From positions 67,162-130,218 of IMG/VR virus record IMGVR_UViG_3300014205_000184: a DNA stretch of 63,057 nt. One strand, 5' to 3'. The stretch comes from a virus (lineage: Duplodnaviria > Heunggongvirae > Uroviricota > Caudoviricetes). Shown here piece by piece: positions 1-9,633 of this stretch. The notes beneath the pieces are model-generated. The model did not search any database, was not told the DNA's origin, and saw only the letters and a program-made list of their open reading frames with translations. Made by a program: the position numbers and the translations under genes. Positions within the stretch are counted from its first letter, which is position 1. Each line of letters opens with the position of its first letter.

Positions 1-217
1 TAACGTGAGTCCAGTTTGTATATGTTTCAACGGAATTACCAGCTCCACTTAAGATTCTAAACTTTCTGCTTAATCCTAAGTCTGAATATATACTATCTAA
101 TTCATTTATACTAAATCCAGACTCGGATATCTTCCCATCTAATTCCAGTGTTTGATTGTTGAGGGACTCTATTTTAGTTGTTGTAGGAAGCCCATCATTT
201 ATCTTATCAACTGACAT
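1..217 (-). CDS. Hypothetical protein, partial (runs off the window start)
   Basis: ATG at 217 overlapping the end of the 207..497 ORF; open frame MSVDKINDGLPTTTKIESL... to base 1, read by hand. Confidence 0.5.
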   Translation of the reverse strand, partial: MSVDKINDGLPTTTKIESLNNQTLELDGKISESGFSINELDSIYSDLGLSRKFRILSGAGNSVETYTNWTHV

Positions 218-497
218 TTTCATCACCTTCCTTTTCCAGTTCATTAATTAAGGAAATTTTACCTATAATTTGCTGTAATATATATATAGTTTTCATTCTA
301 CATTCTATTAAAGTATTTTTCTTATCCTTTAGAAACTTTATATTTTCTTCAGATAGATTTTGTAATATTGCTAACAGCTCACTTATTAAGTCTATTTGAC
401 CATTGATTTGCTGTATAGTATCACATGCACAAAGTCTATCATCTATTAATTTTTGTTTCTTCTCACTTATTTTTTGCATAAACATTCCTCTGCGCAC
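207..497 (-). CDS. Hypothetical helical/coiled-coil protein
   Basis: 96-aa ORF tightly packed in the minus-strand operon; heptad-like Leu/Ile pattern. Confidence 0.55.
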   Translation of the reverse strand: MRRGMFMQKISEKKQKLIDDRLCACDTIQQINGQIDLISELLAILQNLSEENIKFLKDKKNTLIECRMKTIYILQQIIGKISLINELEKEGDENVS

Positions 498-1480
498 GTA
501 TTAACTAACTCAGCAGTAACTACCTTACCTTCATCGAATTTACCGTATAGCTCTTGAAATCCAGTTAATATATCATCTGCTGAATAGTTCATACACTCAT
601 CACTATACTTACAATCCCACATAAACCCATTTGGTTGTACGTCAAACAAATAGCTATTTGGTCTATGACATTCTGGGGTTGGGCAGTTTTTCTTTCTTAA
701 ATTCATATGCATCTCATACCCTAATTTCAAAGGTGATGTCCCACCCCAACAAACAAGAGCCTTCTTATTCATTACAGCCGCAGAGTGCATGATAAAACTA
801 TCTATTGAAATAACACCATGAACGTAAGGCATTAAAGCTATAATCGCTCTTGGTGGAAAATTAATTCTCTCAGCATTTTTAGGACAATATTGATTTGGAA
901 GCTGTACGCACCCAACATCAAAACCATTGCTTTTTAACTTGTTTACAACTTCGTCAACTACGTTCTCTGGTAAACTTCTTCTATACATACTATTTCTGCT
1001 CGCTAATTGAGAGTCTTTATCACATGTTTGCGGTTGCATACCACCAACATGCTGTATTAGAACAAGTTTATTTTTACGTTTTTGAACTTGTAAATATGCC
1101 ATTTCAAGTTCGCTCTTCGTAAAAAACATTTCCCCAACCGTATTATCACATGGTATTTCAAGTAAGTCGCACCACGCTTCAACGACGTGCATATTATTAT
1201 TAACATAATCGGGGTGACGGTATGGTTCCACGTCTAATACAATTGACTTGTTATCTTGTATAAAATCTTCAAATAAGTATATCGGTTTATCAAATTGGTA
1301 TACCCTCTTTATATGCGGACTATTATTAAACGTATCAGCAAACCCAGCGACAACTATAATATTCTTATCGTTATACGCTTTCTTTAAGTTTCTAACAACA
1401 GATGTAGCGAAAATATTTCTTCCTATACCACCATTTACTACCAATATTAAATTCTCAGCTTTTTCAATCAATTCTTTCAT
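467..1480 (-). CDS. GT9-like (heptosyltransferase-type) glycosyltransferase with a C-terminal Cys cluster
   Basis: N-terminal LVVNGGIGRNIFATSVVRNLKKAY resembles the GT9 start motif; ISIDSFIMHSAA and WGGTSP match the GT9 C-domain; C-x4-C...FD...FMWDC...EC cluster. Confidence 0.75.
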   Translation of the reverse strand: MKELIEKAENLILVVNGGIGRNIFATSVVRNLKKAYNDKNIIVVAGFADTFNNSPHIKRVYQFDKPIYLFEDFIQDNKSIVLDVEPYRHPDYVNNNMHVVEAWCDLLEIPCDNTVGEMFFTKSELEMAYLQVQKRKNKLVLIQHVGGMQPQTCDKDSQLASRNSMYRRSLPENVVDEVVNKLKSNGFDVGCVQLPNQYCPKNAERINFPPRAIIALMPYVHGVISIDSFIMHSAAVMNKKALVCWGGTSPLKLGYEMHMNLRKKNCPTPECHRPNSYLFDVQPNGFMWDCKYSDECMNYSADDILTGFQELYGKFDEGKVVTAELVNTCAEECLCKK

Positions 1481-1770
1481 TTTTTATTTCTCCTATTTTT
1501 TGTGTTAACTTCTACATTCGTATCGTTATCATTCCTATTTGAGTTATACTGATTACTATCATTATTAACGTATATATTATCACGCTGTAACTCTAGTTTT
1601 TGCGCTAATATATATGTCTCTAATTCTAATTTTCTCAACTCGTGCGCACGTGCTATTTCCTCATTACGTACTTTAGCTATTCTATCCATTCTTTTATGAT
1701 ACTCTTCATCTTCCCCATAACAATTTACTGCTAGTAACAAAAACAAAACAATCAAAATGCTCTTTTTCAT
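1477..1770 (-). CDS. Small exported protein, unknown function
   Basis: MKKSILIVLFLLLAVNCYG is a signal-peptide-like N-terminus, followed by a charged helix and an Asn-rich tail. Confidence 0.55.
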   Translation of the reverse strand: MKKSILIVLFLLLAVNCYGEDEEYHKRMDRIAKVRNEEIARAHELRKLELETYILAQKLELQRDNIYVNNDSNQYNSNRNDNDTNVEVNTKNRRNKK

Positions 1771-1782
1771 ATCATTCTCTCC

Positions 1783-4569
1783 TTAGGTATAGGCTATCGC
1801 TAACCAATTTAATGTACCACTTGGGTCAAGCGCACAATAGCACCCATAACAATTTACTACACTACACAAATTACTACTTGCGCATGAATCGGCAGCACCC
1901 GATGCGGCGCAATAACAAACTATCTGACATATCCCATAAATACAGTTCATATTATTGTCATAATAATCATAATTCATCATATTATAACCACGACAAATCA
2001 TCTCTGCAAAAGCAAAACTGCAACAATATGACGTATTACCTACTATCATATTACAATCAACTCGTGTTGTTGATTGTGTTTGCCCGTTAACCATATTACA
2101 AATTATACTCATTCCCGGAGCTGTTATCCTTGAAATAGTGCATACCCCATTAGGATACGCCCAACCTGACTGAGATTTGCAAACAGATACAGAATAATAT
2201 AAACATGTACAGTAAATAGTACCAGATGGTGACGCTCCAAAAGTTATAGTTCCTGACTGGGTGCAACACCCCTCATCATAACCACCTAAACACATCATAC
2301 CTAAATTACATGAAGATGCATTACATGTCACACAGCAACATGTAAACGTAGATGAGCATACTCCACTATTGGTATATGTTAAACTTACTTGATGCGCCAT
2401 AACCACCCACGTCGCCATGCATGGGAACGTCATTGCGGCGTATGTATTAGACGTTGACTTTATCTCACCAACACTAGAATGAGGTTGTACGTATTCATAG
2501 CAACACGCTCCCTCCCAAACATCAGGGTCAGCAGTTGATGTTTTATAACATATCGCATAGCACAATGTTCCATAACAGTAACAATCGGGAGCCGCACCAT
2601 TACACCAATACTGAAAATTAAATCTAAAACACGATGCGCACGTACATGCTTCCGTAGTTGCACACGCATCCATAGCTATATTTTTAGCTATTTCATTACT
2701 TGCGCCACTAGCTAATTCCAATAAAGCATGTATGACAAAACAATACCCATAGCATGTTGCACTCGTAACATAGCACTCTGGTGTATCATTATAAACATTC
2801 CACCTTTGATTTTGTGCTGATTGAGCGGCCGCATAACTACATAAAGATTTTACACTAACTATAACATTAGGCGCAACCTTCCAACCATTAAGTTCAACAA
2901 CACATCCAGTATCAGCAGTGCCACTAGCTATTCTTTTAACATACGGAACAGAACCAAGTTCATCATTAAATCTTAACATACCAGCATCTATGTACGAATA
3001 ACAGCAAGAGCAAAGTGGGTTATCAAATTTTGCTTCATTTGCCTGTATGCATCCATTCTGTATATTAACTCTACGATAAGCTCCACTCCCACTCCCAACA
3101 CCGCTTCCTACGCTGTATAACCCACCTTTAAGATAAGCATTGTTTGTATATATTCCAGAACCTGTGAGATATCCTCCAAATGCAGAATCATAGATACCCT
3201 CTAACGTCCCAATTCTTGCTCTTATATTGTAATCATTATACATAGCTGAATCTCTTTTATAAACATCAATAAAAGGTGAGTATGCAGATGATGCATCTAA
3301 CGATATAAACCCGGTTGTGCTACCAGTAGTTGTTAAACTTGATACTTTACCGTATGATACAACAGCAGTACCTTTATTCCATGATGGGTATGATAATCCA
3401 GAACCAGAATATGTGTTAGCTAAATCACGGTTAATATTATATGTTGGAGCAGATGAGATATTAGTAATCATGAAATATTCATCATTATTACCGTCTTTCA
3501 TACGCAACACTTCGTTTTCTGCAAATACTGGGTCATCAACTGTTATTGTGGTAGACGCATCGTTTATATCCGTTGCTAATACTGATGAATTACTAACAAC
3601 AAGTTTACCGCCAACTGCTGATACTTTATCATATTCAAATACTGAACTGCTTAATCTACCTCTAACACGTACATTCTCAAACTCAGCATACCCTGTATCT
3701 TTTATTTGGAACCCACTATGTTCACTAATAAAATTTGTACTCTGTATAGAGTTTCCTGTTATGGATATATTCCCAACTCGTGCTTCTGAAGTACCGAATT
3801 TAGCAACTAACGCCCCACCGTCATCGTAAAAGAAACTACCGTATCTATTCAACTTCGCTACGATATTTTTACTAGTAGACAATAATCTTAACTCTTTACT
3901 ATCTAACTCAAGCGTACCTTGTGTGTTTGTAATTTTTAAATCTTCACTAAGTCTTACATTGCCTATAAGATTATCAGCTAATATTTTACCGATACTATCT
4001 CTTAGAACAGCTATTGAATCATCATCTAAAACTGTATCTTCATCAAAGAACGCATCTCTACCAGATACAATCCAACCATCATGCCCAGTATCGGGTTTAT
4101 CATCTTGTATATTTACGGTTACTCCTGGAACAGGGACTATAATTCTACCAAGTCTTAACTTATCATCATATTTACTTGGGTCAACTGATACTTTTAAACC
4201 ATCAAAATTAACATAAAACACTGGTGTTTGCCCATCAAACGGGACGCTTAATCTCATAGACTCGACATTTTCAAGATGATGCCCCGCTACAACACCAGCC
4301 CCTGAAGAAACATTGATATAATTATCTGGTGGGTTAGACGCTGTTATTTCAAATCCCCAATCGATATATGGTACAACGAGTTGGTTAAGACTTGTAACCA
4401 ACTCAGTAACTATCTGTGTAGTTTCATCTGGGGTAACACTTTTACTAGACGAAAAAGGCTGTGATGCGTTATAATACGTAGATGAAGTCGTTGCTCCAGG
4501 TAAAGTAGTATTAGCATACTTTTCTATAAGCCCAATAACTAACTGGTCTAATGATTTATATGTCTTCAT
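1783..4569 (-). CDS. Tail fibre / receptor-binding protein with Cys-rich C-terminal half
   Basis: 928 aa at the distal end of the tail module; beta-rich fibre-like sequence (GYAEFENVRVRG); terminal GTLNWLAIAY resembles fibre tip domains; ~48 Cys all after residue 506. Confidence 0.72.
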   Translation of the reverse strand: MKTYKSLDQLVIGLIEKYANTTLPGATTSSTYYNASQPFSSSKSVTPDETTQIVTELVTSLNQLVVPYIDWGFEITASNPPDNYINVSSGAGVVAGHHLENVESMRLSVPFDGQTPVFYVNFDGLKVSVDPSKYDDKLRLGRIIVPVPGVTVNIQDDKPDTGHDGWIVSGRDAFFDEDTVLDDDSIAVLRDSIGKILADNLIGNVRLSEDLKITNTQGTLELDSKELRLLSTSKNIVAKLNRYGSFFYDDGGALVAKFGTSEARVGNISITGNSIQSTNFISEHSGFQIKDTGYAEFENVRVRGRLSSSVFEYDKVSAVGGKLVVSNSSVLATDINDASTTITVDDPVFAENEVLRMKDGNNDEYFMITNISSAPTYNINRDLANTYSGSGLSYPSWNKGTAVVSYGKVSSLTTTGSTTGFISLDASSAYSPFIDVYKRDSAMYNDYNIRARIGTLEGIYDSAFGGYLTGSGIYTNNAYLKGGLYSVGSGVGSGSGAYRRVNIQNGCIQANEAKFDNPLCSCCYSYIDAGMLRFNDELGSVPYVKRIASGTADTGCVVELNGWKVAPNVIVSVKSLCSYAAAQSAQNQRWNVYNDTPECYVTSATCYGYCFVIHALLELASGASNEIAKNIAMDACATTEACTCASCFRFNFQYWCNGAAPDCYCYGTLCYAICYKTSTADPDVWEGACCYEYVQPHSSVGEIKSTSNTYAAMTFPCMATWVVMAHQVSLTYTNSGVCSSTFTCCCVTCNASSCNLGMMCLGGYDEGCCTQSGTITFGASPSGTIYCTCLYYSVSVCKSQSGWAYPNGVCTISRITAPGMSIICNMVNGQTQSTTRVDCNMIVGNTSYCCSFAFAEMICRGYNMMNYDYYDNNMNCIYGICQIVCYCAASGAADSCASSNLCSVVNCYGCYCALDPSGTLNWLAIAYT

Positions 4570-5041
4570 TTTTTATTTCTTTTAATCCCTCTACGGATAA
4601 AAATCTCGCCATAAGTTCTAATATCATCCCATCAAATTTAGCTCTGAAAAATCTTTTAGAAAATAGCGTAAACGTAGAATTACAAAACGACGTACCACGT
4701 AAATCTGCACAAACAAAATCTATATTACTAGCATTACAAGAAGAGAAGTTACTTCCTCTACAATCAGCATGTGAAAAATTAGAGCCTAATATAAACTGTG
4801 TATATGAAAAATTGCAATTTCGAGCTACACCTTTATTAAGAATAAGTTTTACATTACTTCTGGATAAATTACAGTTACTTATGTCATACCCAGCTAAATT
4901 AAGTTCACTGATATATGCTCCGCTTAAATTTTCGTTAGATATACTATACCCCGTTATAAGTTCTTTTATATCTATATGCTTTTTATTGTAGAATTTAATC
5001 TTATCTCGTATCTCGTCTGTCATAATCTTAAGTGGTTCCAT
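4556..5041 (-). CDS. Pentapeptide-repeat protein
   Basis: Tandem A[DN]LxxA-like pentapeptides: NLSGA, CNLSRS, CNFSYT, SNFSHA, DCRGS, NFSSC, DLRGT, SFCNS. Confidence 0.8.
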   Translation of the reverse strand: MEPLKIMTDEIRDKIKFYNKKHIDIKELITGYSISNENLSGAYISELNLAGYDISNCNLSRSNVKLILNKGVARNCNFSYTQFILGSNFSHADCRGSNFSSCNASNIDFVCADLRGTSFCNSTFTLFSKRFFRAKFDGMILELMARFLSVEGLKEIKNEDI

Positions 5042-8000
5042 TATGGGTACCTCGCAACGGTTATTGAAGTTCCAGCATTGGTCGTTGACTTTCTTTCGAC
5101 GAAATAATTGGATGTTACTCTATTATACGGGTCATTTAAAGCTACGGTATGTCCAATTAATAGATGAGGTGCGTAGAGAAGTTCAACATCCAATTTAGTA
5201 TGATTCTTTAACGCTTCAGTAAGCCAATCTTTAGCTCGTAAATTAACTAATGTCTGGTCATCTAAATATTCATTAACAGTTGTATTTTTGTACACTACAT
5301 CATAAAGTTTGTCTAAAAGATTATCTGCATCATAGAGACTTGTGCTAGTTTCTTCGTAATCGTATACCTTAGTTCCAGCTGTATAATATCCCATACTAGC
5401 GGCTCCCGTAACCCCAGTAAATGATGTCGCTGTTTTACCTGAATACCAAAAACGTGATGTTGATACTCCAGCTCCTGAATTAATATATGCGAACCCGCTA
5501 CCCGATATAAACATCGCAGTACTAGTTACGTTAAGTGTAGACATTGAACCGGTATAGACACTCGTTAACGCTGTTGTTGGAATAAGTTTACACTCACCAC
5601 GTAAAACGATATCGTTATAGGCCTTAATTTCAACTAGAGATAACGCCCAAAGCCCTTTCTCAGTATATTCTAGTTTTTCTAAATCTTCTATTATAATCTT
5701 AAAATATCTAGCTTGAAACCCTTCTCCTAATACTTGCTCATCAAATGTCTTTGTTTTGCCACTTGTTAATGCAAAATTAGTTGTATCAGAAGCTATATCA
5801 TTATAAGTACGGTTATCCAGTGAATATTTTAACGTGATATAGTTAGTCATTTCATACTTACGTCTTCCGTCAGTATCTGGCTTAAAGAAACCTGCTATAA
5901 TATCAATAAGTTGTATATCTTTTATCTCCCCCAAATCAACAATCCCATATACAAACCCCTGAGGTGGCTTAGCATAAAATATAGTTTGTGTTTGCGTATC
6001 CCAACGCCCATCAAAGCAAGCTACAGCGTTCTCTATTGGGGTAGCTACTGTACTATATTCAAACGTAGCGTGTACAATTGCTTCTGTAACTACTGGTATT
6101 AATCTTCTATTAATTTTAAACTGTACATTTGAAAAGTCTATCTGTAAATCATCCGTAGAATACATTATCCAATATGATGCGTTTGAACATGCGGCAACAT
6201 TTGAATTTTCAGCAGTTCCAGGTATAATCCATATACCATTTTCATAATCAATATTTGAATCGTTTGGGCCAAGTGTAAAAAGTAAATTCCCAGTAGCCCC
6301 GTAAATTTTAACTAATTGGTTAGCAACTAACCCCCGGTGCCCAAAATATATCTTATATTCGTAATATGTATGTTCTTCAGATTTTGGTCCGCTACTCCAA
6401 CCACCATCGGTTACTTTTGTTGTGGATGTAGTTTTTGTAGATATTAATACATCTGTTTGTATAACTTCATGCAAGTTATTGTCTATTGGAATATTATTGA
6501 TATATACTACCGGATGAGGTATAGGTGAGTAACCCGAACCAGTTACGGTTGACATCATATCACCCAATATCTTACCACTCTGTAATCCTGTTACATATAC
6601 TCTATACGCTCCATCGTCTGTAGAATAAGATAACTCGCTATTTGTAGCAACAGCGGTATACGTTTCTCCTGTATTAAGAAACGAGACTCCAGTATCAAAA
6701 AACACGTTATGTGGGTTTTCGTTCTTCCCATAAAATAACGTTCTAGTATAAATATCTTCATCTTCACCATATGAGATAGACTTTATACCCTTTAAATCAA
6801 AATCGGCGGTATCTTTTTGACTCAGATAAGATGCCCATATTTTATCATCCCCAATAGTACGTATAATATAATTTGGAGGTAAAAATGTACGCAATTTACT
6901 TATTGCATCAAAACGATTATTTATATCTCTTTCCTTAAATTTAATACCGTTTGTCTCAACCCCTGTAGCTTGAAGAGTTTTAAACTCATAATTGTAATTA
7001 CATCTTATATCAGAAGCTGGGTCTACCGGGGTATCAAGCATGATGCTTCCATAACGTTTATTAAAATAACGCATAGTAATTCCAGGTGGTAGGGTAAATT
7101 GAGAACCACTCATAACTGAAATTAGATTATCGTAACTAAGATACCATATCATATTTGCAGGAAAATTAGCTGTATACGTGACATATGACCCAATAGGATG
7201 AGACTGTAACGCATATACTCCAGAAGAAGGTATCCCATAAATCTGAGAGCCTGTTATATATCTATATGCGGCTAAATCGCCATTTACTGAGAATAACGTA
7301 TTAAATCCAGTGTTAGGGAACCCAGATGCATCGGCTACTGTTATCGTAGTATCACCTTCAGCAACAGCTACGCTAAGAGTTGTTTCTATATCCATAACTT
7401 CAGGGGTTTTATTTCTAGTCAATGTATCATATGCTCTACCCTCAACATTATAAAATGTTTCAGTAAGATGATTATCTATAACCGCTTGTTGTGATGTTTC
7501 TTTAAACAAATAGTTATTATACCCATCTTTTCTAGTTATTAAATCTTCAATAATATCTTCAACGTAAATACCTTTTGGGTAGAAATAATATGTCCCAACT
7601 ATTTCATAATTATCACGAGCGTTAAGAACAGCCCCTAACGTAATCTGCCCCACCTCATTAGCTAACTCATAACCATTCCATTGCGGGTCTTCCAACTCAG
7701 TTGTTTTGTCTCGTATACGTATAGACACGGGCGGTTGTACTGCTAAATTAGAATTTGCGAAATCAAATATTGATGAAAACATCTCATTAGGTTCTGGGAG
7801 ATAATTCGGTGTTAACACCTCATTTTCAACTAGATATTTCGTAGCTTCATAATCGTGGTCAACATCTGTATCTTGAAGTTTAACTATATAATCAAGACAT
7901 GTGAGATTGATAATATTGCCAGAACTATCTTTTACTATATTACGCTGTGTAACATACCCAGTAAATGATTTAAACGTATCTGTTGCCCCAGCGAATTTCT

Positions 8001-8235
8001 CAATTAACACAATGTCATCACGTAAATTTACTTCACTTGTACCATCCGGTGAATACTTGCCACTATCATTATTAAGTGTTAATTGTAGTGTCTGACACCC
8101 AAAATCTCTACTCGCATCAATTGAATACGTAATAACATCTTTACAGACAATAGAGTTTATAGTTATCGTATAATCTACTAGTACATTATTATTATTTAAT
8201 TGATTCGTAGCTTGTGTTGAAAGTGCTTTTGCCAT
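5041..8235 (-). CDS. Large tail-tip / baseplate hub protein with probable carbohydrate-binding insert
   Basis: 1064 aa downstream of the tape measure and Dit-like genes; N-terminal QTLQLTLNNDSGKYSP hub-like motif; discoidin-like segment IVDLGEIKDIQLIDI...YSLD...ARYFKIII. Confidence 0.68.
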   Translation of the reverse strand: MAKALSTQATNQLNNNNVLVDYTITINSIVCKDVITYSIDASRDFGCQTLQLTLNNDSGKYSPDGTSEVNLRDDIVLIEKFAGATDTFKSFTGYVTQRNIVKDSSGNIINLTCLDYIVKLQDTDVDHDYEATKYLVENEVLTPNYLPEPNEMFSSIFDFANSNLAVQPPVSIRIRDKTTELEDPQWNGYELANEVGQITLGAVLNARDNYEIVGTYYFYPKGIYVEDIIEDLITRKDGYNNYLFKETSQQAVIDNHLTETFYNVEGRAYDTLTRNKTPEVMDIETTLSVAVAEGDTTITVADASGFPNTGFNTLFSVNGDLAAYRYITGSQIYGIPSSGVYALQSHPIGSYVTYTANFPANMIWYLSYDNLISVMSGSQFTLPPGITMRYFNKRYGSIMLDTPVDPASDIRCNYNYEFKTLQATGVETNGIKFKERDINNRFDAISKLRTFLPPNYIIRTIGDDKIWASYLSQKDTADFDLKGIKSISYGEDEDIYTRTLFYGKNENPHNVFFDTGVSFLNTGETYTAVATNSELSYSTDDGAYRVYVTGLQSGKILGDMMSTVTGSGYSPIPHPVVYINNIPIDNNLHEVIQTDVLISTKTTSTTKVTDGGWSSGPKSEEHTYYEYKIYFGHRGLVANQLVKIYGATGNLLFTLGPNDSNIDYENGIWIIPGTAENSNVAACSNASYWIMYSTDDLQIDFSNVQFKINRRLIPVVTEAIVHATFEYSTVATPIENAVACFDGRWDTQTQTIFYAKPPQGFVYGIVDLGEIKDIQLIDIIAGFFKPDTDGRRKYEMTNYITLKYSLDNRTYNDIASDTTNFALTSGKTKTFDEQVLGEGFQARYFKIIIEDLEKLEYTEKGLWALSLVEIKAYNDIVLRGECKLIPTTALTSVYTGSMSTLNVTSTAMFISGSGFAYINSGAGVSTSRFWYSGKTATSFTGVTGAASMGYYTAGTKVYDYEETSTSLYDADNLLDKLYDVVYKNTTVNEYLDDQTLVNLRAKDWLTEALKNHTKLDVELLYAPHLLIGHTVALNDPYNRVTSNYFVERKSTTNAGTSITVARYP

Positions 8236-8240
8236 ATTAT

Positions 8241-9623
8241 TTACTCATATGCTATTGTTATTGTACTATTTGCAGATGCTATTTTAAATGATAACCCATT
8301 ATTAAACGGTACTCCCCACAATGGAATATGAAACGGTTGAGTTTGCGCACCCATTACTCCACTATTCCACAATGTTGCCCCCGTAGCAGTTGTACTGTCA
8401 TATACAGTTATATTACTTGTATTGCTTACTCCAGATATAGCTAACCCATGTACATTCCCAGGACCGTATTTACACACTATAGCATCTGTTGTCCCAGACT
8501 GATACTTTGATATAGGTTGTGTGAGAAGTGCTCCTAAGCGATATATGCTTACAGTTCTACATATTATTGTTTGGTTTGTATTAACCCCATTAGAATTAAC
8601 ATTGTCAATATAAAAATATGGTGTTATAGAATTTGACCATGTTGAGCTAGCCGCAGATACTATATGTAAAATATTACCATTAACTGAATACCATACCTTT
8701 GAATTAGTCCAATATATTTCATATGTTTTAACATCCGTATCTAGAACATATGATGCCCCTAAATCTCCATTAAAATTACCACTACTAACAGTTGTTTCTA
8801 CACCACCCTTCATAGTTACTACACTAAACGTTCCCCCATTTAATTGAAAATATGCCTCATCTGTAATTGTTGGCATTGTACTTGTTGTATCGACTATCCC
8901 CCAACGTCTTTTATTATCAGTTACTCCAATATCCCCAAGTTGTATTATAGCTCTATATCTCATTGAAGAACCAGCTGAATATCTTGCTCTACGCACAGAA
9001 TAAAATTTAGATGAGCCATTAGCTGTTGTGTTTGTAGATAAAGTCACAACCCCATTACTCTGTATAACTGTTCCATTATTTGCAACTGATGTTGAAAAGA
9101 AATTTGTATCAAGTCCAACCGAATCTGGGTTAAACGTTGAACCAACAAGTTTTGTAAGTTGCGATACTCGCATCTCGCCCATAGGAGTGTTTTCTACTCC
9201 AAAACCATAACTATCTTCAATATATGATGAAGTTTTTAGTCTATTACTTGAATCTAAACTTCTAGGGATAGCTTCAACTATAGGGCACAATGCTGTCTGT
9301 AATCTTAAATATGTTGTTGGTGATGATTCATAATTCTTAACTCTTACTCTAGTAAAAGAATTTACAGCTTGTACAGTCCAACTATCGCCACCTAAAGAAT
9401 TTAAATAAATATATGTATCTGTTATATCCCAATTATCCCCATCTGGGCTTTGGTCAACGTATACATAACAATTTTTATCGGTCTTTAAAGAAACCTGTAT
9501 CCCCGCAACACCTAAAGTAGTATGCTTTACCCCGGTAAACATAGCTCCAGAAGTAATATTAGTAACTGAACTATTGCCAGAATCAGCTTTTACATCTTGT
9601 AATATTGAACCAAAAAAACTCAT
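8241..9623 (-). CDS. Tail-associated structural protein (beta-sandwich/lectin-like)
   Basis: 460 aa, Thr/Ser/Gly/Asn-rich; TYEIYWTNSKVWYSVNG resembles concanavalin-like folds; located in the tail module. Confidence 0.58.
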   Translation of the reverse strand: MSFFGSILQDVKADSGNSSVTNITSGAMFTGVKHTTLGVAGIQVSLKTDKNCYVYVDQSPDGDNWDITDTYIYLNSLGGDSWTVQAVNSFTRVRVKNYESSPTTYLRLQTALCPIVEAIPRSLDSSNRLKTSSYIEDSYGFGVENTPMGEMRVSQLTKLVGSTFNPDSVGLDTNFFSTSVANNGTVIQSNGVVTLSTNTTANGSSKFYSVRRARYSAGSSMRYRAIIQLGDIGVTDNKRRWGIVDTTSTMPTITDEAYFQLNGGTFSVVTMKGGVETTVSSGNFNGDLGASYVLDTDVKTYEIYWTNSKVWYSVNGNILHIVSAASSTWSNSITPYFYIDNVNSNGVNTNQTIICRTVSIYRLGALLTQPISKYQSGTTDAIVCKYGPGNVHGLAISGVSNTSNITVYDSTTATGATLWNSGVMGAQTQPFHIPLWGVPFNNGLSFKIASANSTITIAYE

Positions 9624-9633
9624 TTTTTACCTC

